A stretch of 64,000 nt of DNA from Auanema rhodensis (lineage: Eukaryota; Animalia; Nematoda): NCBI GenBank assembly GCA_964057225.1, contig OZ059898.1, forward strand, positions 19,096,001 through 19,160,000, in the 5' to 3' direction. Positions 56,201 to 64,000 of the stretch are shown here, one piece after another (the stretch's first letter is position 1; each line of letters starts with the position of its first letter). The notes under the pieces were generated by a model. It saw only the letters and a list, made by a program, of their open reading frames with translations. It made no database searches and had not been told where the DNA came from. Position numbers and translations under genes: made by a program.

Positions 56201-59200
56201 AATGTTTTTGGAAGCAATGTTGAGTGTACATGGAAACTCAACATACACTAATGCATTATTTTTCAAACGATCATAACTAATTTTTGAATTAAGCGTTTCT
56301 CAATGTAGTATAGTGCATTCGATGCGGATTTTTAAGCTGCGTCGATCTGTGTTATCAGATTTGCGCTAGCTTAAAAATGCACCGAGATATCAACTGATAT
56401 AAGTTCACACTTATATTCTCGATTTTCACCCTGAAGAATTAATTTTTTCGTTGAATAACATTGTCCATCGTCTTTGCCTTGAAAAAAGGAATCTAAAAAC
56501 ATTTACTTTTCGCTAAATTATTCTGAAATTTTTCGAAAAAATTTTTGTCAAAATGTTTTTGGAAGCAATGTTGAGTGTACATGGAAACTCAACATACACT
56601 AATGCATCATTTTTCAAACGATCATAACTAATTTTTGTATTAAGCGTTTCTCAATGTAGTATAGTGCATTCGATGCGGATTTTTAAGCTGCGTCGATCTG
56701 TGTTATCAGATTTGCGCTAGCTTAAAAGTGCACCGAGACATCAACTGATATAAGTTCACACTTATATCCTCGATTTTCACCCTGAAGAAATAATTTTTTC
56801 GTTGAACAACATTGTCCATCGTGTTTGCCTTGAAAAAAGGAATCTAAAAACATCTACTTTTTGCTAAATTATTTTGAAATTTTTCGAAAAAATTTTTGTC
56901 AAAATGTTTTTGGAAGCAATGTTGAGTGTACATGGAAACTCAACATACACTAATGCATCATTTTTCAAACGATCATAACTAGTTTTTGTATTAAGCGTTT
57001 CTCAATGTAGTATAGTGCATTCGATGCGGATTTTTAAGCTGCGTCGATCTGTGTTATCAGATTTGCGCTAGCTTAAAAATGCACCGAGACATCAACTGAT
57101 ATAAGTTCACACTTATATCCTCGATTTTCACCCTGAAGAAATAATTTTTTCGTTGAATAACATTGTCCATCGTGTTTGCCTTGAAAAAAGGAATCTAAAA
57201 ACATCTACTTTTTGCTAAATTATTTTGAAATTTTTCGAAAAAATTTTTGTCAAAATGTTTTTGGAAGCAATGTTGAGTGTACATGGAAACTCAACATACA
57301 CTAATGCATCATTTTTCAAACGATCATAACTAATTTTTGTATTAAGCGTTTCTCAATGTAGTATAGTGCATTCGATGCGGATTTTTAAGCTGCGTCGATC
57401 TGTGTTATCAGATTTGCGCTAGCTTAAAAATGCACCGAGACATCAACTGATATAAGTTCACACTTATATCCTCGATTTTCACCCTGAAGAAATAATTTTT
57501 TCGTTGAATAACATTGTCCATCGTCTTTGCCTTGAAAAAAGGAATCTAAAAACATCTACTTTTTGCTAAATTATTTTGAAATTTTTCGAAAAAATTTTTG
57601 TCAAAATGTTTTTGGAAGCAATGTTGAGTGTACATGGAAACTCAACATACACTAATGCATCATTTTTCAAACGATCATAACTAATTTTTGTATTAAGCGT
57701 TTCTCAATGTAGTATAGTGCATTCGATGCGGATTTTTAAGCTGCGTCGATCTGTGTTATCAGATTTGCGCTAGCTTAAAAATGCACCGAGACATCAACTG
57801 ATATATGTTCACACTTACATCCTCGATTTTCACCCTGAAGAAATAATTTTTTTGTTGAATAACATTGTCCATCGTCTTTGCCTTGAAAAAAGGAATCTAA
57901 AAACATCTACTTTTTGCTAAATTATTTTGAAATTTTTCGAAAAAATTTTTGTCAAAATGTTTTTGGAAGCAATGTTGAGTGTACATGGAAACTCAACATA
58001 CACTAATGCATCATTTTTCAAACGATCATAACTAATTTTTGTATTAAGCGTTTCTCAATGTAGTATAGTGCATTCGATGCGGATTTTTAAGCTGCGTCGA
58101 TTTGTGTTATCAGATTTGCGCTAGCTTAAAAATGCACCGAGACATCAACTGATATAAGTTCACACTTATATCCTCGATTTTCACCCTGAAGAAATAATTT
58201 TTTCGTTGAATAACATTGTCCATCGTCTTTGCCTTGAAAAAAGAAATCTAAAAACATCTACTTTTTGCTAAATTATTTTGAAATTTTTCGAAAAAATTTT
58301 TGTCAAAATGTTTTTGGAAGCAATGTTGAGTGTACATGGAAACTCAACATACACTAGTGCATCATTAGTCAAACGATCATAACTAATTTTTGTATTAAGC
58401 GTTTCTCAATGTAGTATAGTGCATTCGATGCGGATTTTTAAGCTGCGTCGATCTGTGTTATCAGATTTGCGCTAGCCTAAAAATGCACCGAGATATCAAC
58501 TGATATAAGTTCACACTTATATCCTCGATTTTCACCCTGAAGAAATAATTTTTTCGTTTAATAACATTGTCCATCGTCTTTGCCTTGAAAAAAGGAATCT
58601 AAAAACATCTATTTTTTGCTAAATTATTTTGAAATGTTTCGAAAAAATTTTTGTCAAAATGTTTTTGGAAGCAATGTTGAGTGTACATGGAAACTCAACA
58701 TACACTAATGCATCATTTTTCAAACGATCATAACTAATTTTTGTATTAAGCGTTTCTCAATATAGTATAGTGCATTCGATGCGGATTTTCAAGCTGCGTC
58801 GATCTGTGTTATCAGATTTGCGCTAGCTTAAAAATGCACCGAGATATCAACTGATATAAGTTCACACTTATATCCTCGATTTTCACCCTGAAGAATTAAT
58901 TTTTTCGTTGAATAACATTGTCCATCGTCTTTGCCTTGAAAAAAGGAATCTAAAAACATCTACTTTTTGCTAAATTATTTTGAAATTTTTCGAAAAAATT
59001 TTTGTCAAAATGTTTTTGGAAGCAATGTTGAGTGTACATGGAAACTCAACATACACTAATGCATCATTTTTCAAACGATCATAACTAATTTTTGTATTAA
59101 GCGTTTCTCAATGTAGTATAGTGCATTCGATGCGGATTTTTAAGCTGCGTCGATCTGTGTTATCAGATTTGCGCTAGCTTAAAAATGCACCGAGACATCA

Positions 59201-62200
59201 ACTGATATAAGTTCACACTTATATCCTCGATTTTCACCCTGAAGAAATAATTTTTTCGTTGAATAACATTGTCCATCGTGTTTGCCTTGAAAAAAGGAAT
59301 CTAAAAACATCTACTTTTTGCTAAATTATTTTGAAATTTTTCGAAAAAATTTTTGTCAAAATGTTTTTGGAAGCAATGTTGAGTGTACATGGAAACTCAA
59401 CATACACTAATGCATCATTTTTCAAACGATCATAACTAATTTTTGTATTAAGCGTTTCTCAATGTAGTATAGTGCATTCGATGCGGATTTTTAAGCTGCG
59501 TCGATCTGTGTTATCAGATTTGCGCTAGCTTAAAAATGCACCGAGACATCAACTGATATAAGTTCACACTTATATTCTCGATTTTCACCCTGAAGAATTA
59601 ATTTTTTCGTTGAATAACATTGTCCATCGTCTTTGCCTTGAAAAAAGGAATCTAAAAACATTTACTTTTTGCTAAATTATTCTGAAATTTTTCGAAAAAA
59701 TTTTTGTCAAAATGTTTTTGGAAGCAATGTTGAGTGTACATGGAAACTCAACATACACTAATGCATCATTTTTCGAACGATCATAACTAATTTTTGTATT
59801 AAGCGTTTCTCAATGTAGTATAGTGCATTCGATGCGGATTTTTAAGCTGCGTCGATCTGTGTTATCAGATTTGCGCTAGCTTAAAAATGCACCGAGACAT
59901 CAACTGATATAAGTTCACACTTATATCCTCGATTTTCACCCTGAAGAAATAATTTTTTCGTTGAATAACATTGTCCATCGTCTTTGCCTTGAAAAAAGGA
60001 ATCTAAAAACATCTACTTTTTGCTAAATTATTTTGAAATTTTTCGAAAAAATTTTTGTCAAAATGTTTTTGGAAGCAATGTTGAGTGTACATGGAAACTC
60101 AACATACACTAATGCATCATTTTTCAAACGATCATAACTAATTTTTGTATTAAGCGTTTCTCAATGTAGTATAGTGCATTCGATGCGGATTTTTAAGCTG
60201 CGTCGATCTGTGTTATCAGATTTGCGCTAGCTTAAAAATGCACCGAGACATCAACTGATATAAGTTCACACTTATATCCTCGATTTTCACCCTGAAGAAA
60301 TAATTTTTTCGTTGAATAACATTGTCCATCGTCTTTGCCTTGAAAAAAGAAATCTAAAAACATCTACTTTTTGCTAAATTATTTTGAAATTTTTCGAAAA
60401 AATTTTTGTCAAAATGTTTTTGGAAGCAATGTTGAGTGTACATGGAAACTCAACATACACTAATGCATCATTAGTCAAACGATCATAACTAATTTTTGTA
60501 TTAAGCGTTTCTCAATGTAGTATAGTGCATTCGATGCGGATTTTTAAGCTGCGTCGATCTGTGTTATCAGATTTGCGCTAGCCTAAAAATGCACCGAGAT
60601 ATCAACTGATATAAGTTCACACTTATATCCTCGATTTTCACCCTGAAGAAATAATTTTTTCGTTGAATAACATTGTCCATCGTCTTTGCCTTGAAAAAAG
60701 GAATCTAAAAACATCTATTTTTTGCTAAATTATTTTGAAATGTTTCGAAAAAATTTTTGTCAAAATGTTTTTGGAAGCAATGTTGAGTGTACATGGAAAC
60801 TCAACATACACTAATGCATCATTTTTCAAACGATCATAACTAATTTTTGTATTAAGCGTTTCTCAATGTAGTATAGTGCATTCGATGCGGATTTTTAAGC
60901 TGCGTCGATCTGTGTTATCAGATTTGCGCTAGCTTAAAAATGCACCGAGATATCAACTGATATAAGTTCACACTTATATCCTCGATTTTCACCCTGAAGA
61001 AATAATTTTTTCGTTGAATAACATTGTCCATCGTCTTTGCCTTGAAAAAAGGAATCTAAAAACATCTACTTTTTGCTAAATTATTTTGAAATTTTTCGAA
61101 AAAATTTTTGTCAAAATGTTTTTGGAAGCAATGTTGAGTGTACATGGAAACTCAACATACACTAATGCATCATTTTTCAAACGATCATAACTAATTTTTG
61201 TATTAAGCGTTTCTCAATGTAGTATAGTGCATTCGATGCGGATTTTTAAGCTGCGTCGATCTGTGTTATCAGATTTGCGCTAGCTTAAAAATGCACCGAG
61301 ATATCAACTGATATAAGTTCACACTTATATCCTCGATTTTCACCCTGAAGATTTAATTTTTTCGTTGAATAACATTGTCCATCGTCTTTGCCTTGAAAAA
61401 AGGAATCTAAAAACATCTACTTTTTGCTAAATTATTTTGAAATTTTTCGAAAAAATTTTTGTCAAAATGTTTTTGGAAGCAATGTTGAGTGTACATGGAA
61501 ACTCAACATACACTAGTGCATCATTAGTCAAACGATCATAACTAATTTTTGTATTAAGCGTTTCTCAATGTAGTATAGTGCATTCGATGCGGATTTTTAA
61601 GCTGCGTCGATCTGTGTTATCAGATTTGCGCTAGCCTAAAAATGCACCGAGATATCAACTGATATAAGTTCACACTTATATCCTCGATTTTCACCCTGAA
61701 GAAATAATTTTTTCGTTTAATAACATTGTCCATCGTCTTTGCCTTAAAAAAAGGAATCTAAAAACATCTATTTTTTGCTAAATTATTTTGAAATGTTTCG
61801 AAAAAATTTTTGTCAAAATGTTTTTGGAAGCAATGTTGAGTGTACATGGAAACTCAACATACACTAATGCATCATTTTTCAAACGATCATAACTAATTTT
61901 TGTATTAAGCGTTTCTCAATATAGTATAGTGCATTCGATGCGGATTTTTAAGCTGCGTCGATCTGTGTTATCAGATTTGCGCTAGCTTAAAAATGCACCG
62001 AGATATCAACTGATATAAGTTCACACTTATATCCTCGATTTTCACCCTGAAGAATTAATTTTTTCGTTGAATAACATTGTCCATCGTCTTTGCCTTGAAA
62101 AACGAAATCTGAAAACATCTACTTTTTGCTAAATTATTTTGAAATTTTTCGAAAAAATTTTTGTCAAAATGTTTTTGGAAGCAATGTTGAGTGTACATGG

Positions 62201-64000
62201 AAACTCAACATACACTAATGCATCATTTTTCAAACGTTCATAACTAATTTTTGTATTCAGCGTTTCTCAATGTAGTATAGTGCATTTGATGCGGATTTTT
62301 AAGCTGCGTCGATCTGTGTTATCAGATTTGCGCTAGTTTAAAAATGCACCGAGATATCAACTGATATAAGTTCACACTTATATCCTCGATTTTCACCCTG
62401 AAGAATTAATTTTTTCGTTGAATAACATTGTCCATCGTCTTTGCCTCGAAAAACGAAATCTGAAAACATCTACTTTTTGCTAAATTATTTTGAAATTTTT
62501 CGAAAAAATTTTTGTCAAAATGTTTTTGGAAGCAATGTTGAGTGTACATGGAAACTCAACATACACTAATGCATCATTTTTCAAACGTTCATAACTAATT
62601 TTTGTATTAAGCGTTTCTCAATGTAGTATAGTGCATTTGATGCGGATTTTTAAGCTGCGTCGATCTGTGTTATCAGATTTGCGCTAGTTTAAAAATGCAC
62701 CGAGACATCAACTGATATAAGTTCACACTTATATCCTCGATTTTCACCCTGAAGAATTAATTTTTTCGTTGAATAACATTGTCCATCGTCTTTGCCTTGA
62801 AAACAGGAATCTAAAAACATTTACTTTTTCCTAATTATTCTGAAATTTTTCGAAAAAATTTTTGTCAAAATGTTTTTGGAAGCAATGTTGAGTGTACATG
62901 GAAACTCAACATACACTAATGCACAATTTTTCAAACGATCATAACAAATTTTCGTATTAAGCGTTTCTCAATGTAGTATAGTGCATTCGATGCGGATTTT
63001 TAAGCTGCGTCGATCTGTGTTATCAGATTTGCGCTAGCTTAAAAATGCACCGAGACATCAACTGATATAAGTTCACACTTATATCCTCGATTTTCACCCT
63101 GAAGAAATAATTTTTTCGTTGAATAACATTGTCCATCGTCTTTGCCTTGAAAAAAGAAATCTAAAAACATCTACTTTTTGCTAAATTATTTTGAAATTTT
63201 TCGAAAAAATTTTTGTCAAAATGTTTTTGGAAGCAATGTTGAGTGTACATGGAAACTCAACATACACTAATGCATCATTAGTCAAACGATCATAACTAAT
63301 TTTTGTATTAAGCGTTTCTCAATGTAGTATAGTGCATTCGATGCGGATTTTTAAGCTGCGTCGATCTGTGTTATCAGATTTGCGCTAGCCTAAAAATGCA
63401 CCGAGATATCAACTGATATAAGTTCATACTTATATCCTCGATTTTCACCCTGAAGAAATAATTTTTTCGTTGAATAACATTGTCCATCGTCTTTGCCTTG
63501 AAAAAAGGAATCTAAAAACATCTATTTTTTGCTAAATTATTTTGAAATGTTTCGAAAAAATTTTTGTCAAAATGTTTTTGGAAGCAATGTTGAGTGTACA
63601 TGGAAACTCAACATACACTAAAGCATCATTTTTCAAACGATCATAACTAATTTTTGTATTAAGCGTTTCTCAATGTAGTATAGTGCATTCGATGCGGATT
63701 TTTAAGCTGCGTCGATCTGTGTTATCAGATTTGCGCTAGCTTAAAAATGCACCGAGATATCAACTGATATAAGTTCACACTTATATCCTCGATTTTCACC
63801 CTGAAGAAATAATTTTTTCGTTGAATAACATTGTCCATCGTCTTTGCCTTGAAAAAAGGAATCTAAAAACATCTACTTTTTGCTAAATTATTTTGAAATT
63901 TTTCGAAAAAATTTTTGTCAAAATGTTTTTGGAAGCAATGTTGAGTGTACATGGAAACTCAACATACACTAATGCATCATTTTTCAAACGATCATAACTA

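Larger units (their letters stand above)
1..64000. repeat. Tandem satellite DNA array, 351-bp monomer, ~182 head-to-tail copies, extending beyond both window edges
   Basis: The same unit (tattttgaaatttttcgaaaaaatttttgtcaaaatg...gtacatggaaactcaacat...gctagcttaaaaatgcaccgagatatc...catctactttttgctaaat) recurs every 351 bp, occasionally 350, 352 or 354. ORF-track spacings (702, 703, 1404, 1405, 7723) are multiples of 351 plus 0-1. No foreign sequence or strand switch was seen. Confidence 0.99.

Noticed and set aside
4821-56266. Eleven 63-aa minus-strand ORFs (MKNNALVYVEFPCTLN...)
   Set aside because: They start at TTG, not ATG, and exist only in monomers where gctAaatt>gctGaatt turns an in-frame TAG into CAG. 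About 170 other monomers have the stop. The K/F/I/N-rich composition reflects A/T tracts and there is no recognisable domain.
57800-57821. Two substitutions in the arms of hairpin 3 as compensatory covariation
   Set aside because: The changed bases are not pairing partners and both weaken the stem.
1-64000. CRISPR array or repeat-spacer system
   Set aside because: The palindromic motifs are separated by sequence that is the same in every unit. There are no unique spacers, no leader and no cas genes.

Overview
The whole 64-kb window is one uninterrupted head-to-tail tandem array of an AT-rich (~31% GC by hand count of the consensus) 351-bp monomer, about 182 copies, all in the same orientation and typically differing from each other at only a few positions. 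This is satellite DNA of the kind found in eukaryotic (peri)centromeric or heterochromatic regions; the organism and centromere status cannot be told from the sequence. I found no credible gene, RNA gene, transposon insertion or CRISPR array. The eleven 63-aa ORFs are by-products of one stop-removing SNP in the monomer. The points of interest are inside the repeat. The monomer contains four dyad-symmetry elements, and some variants perfect these quasi-palindromes. Diagnostic SNPs reveal regional subfamilies and nested block duplications of 2, 3, 4, 6, 7, 12, 18 and 22 monomers, with a possibly layered expansion history. I cannot support a claim of a new protein-coding system here. All variant tracking was done by eye and should be confirmed by alignment.
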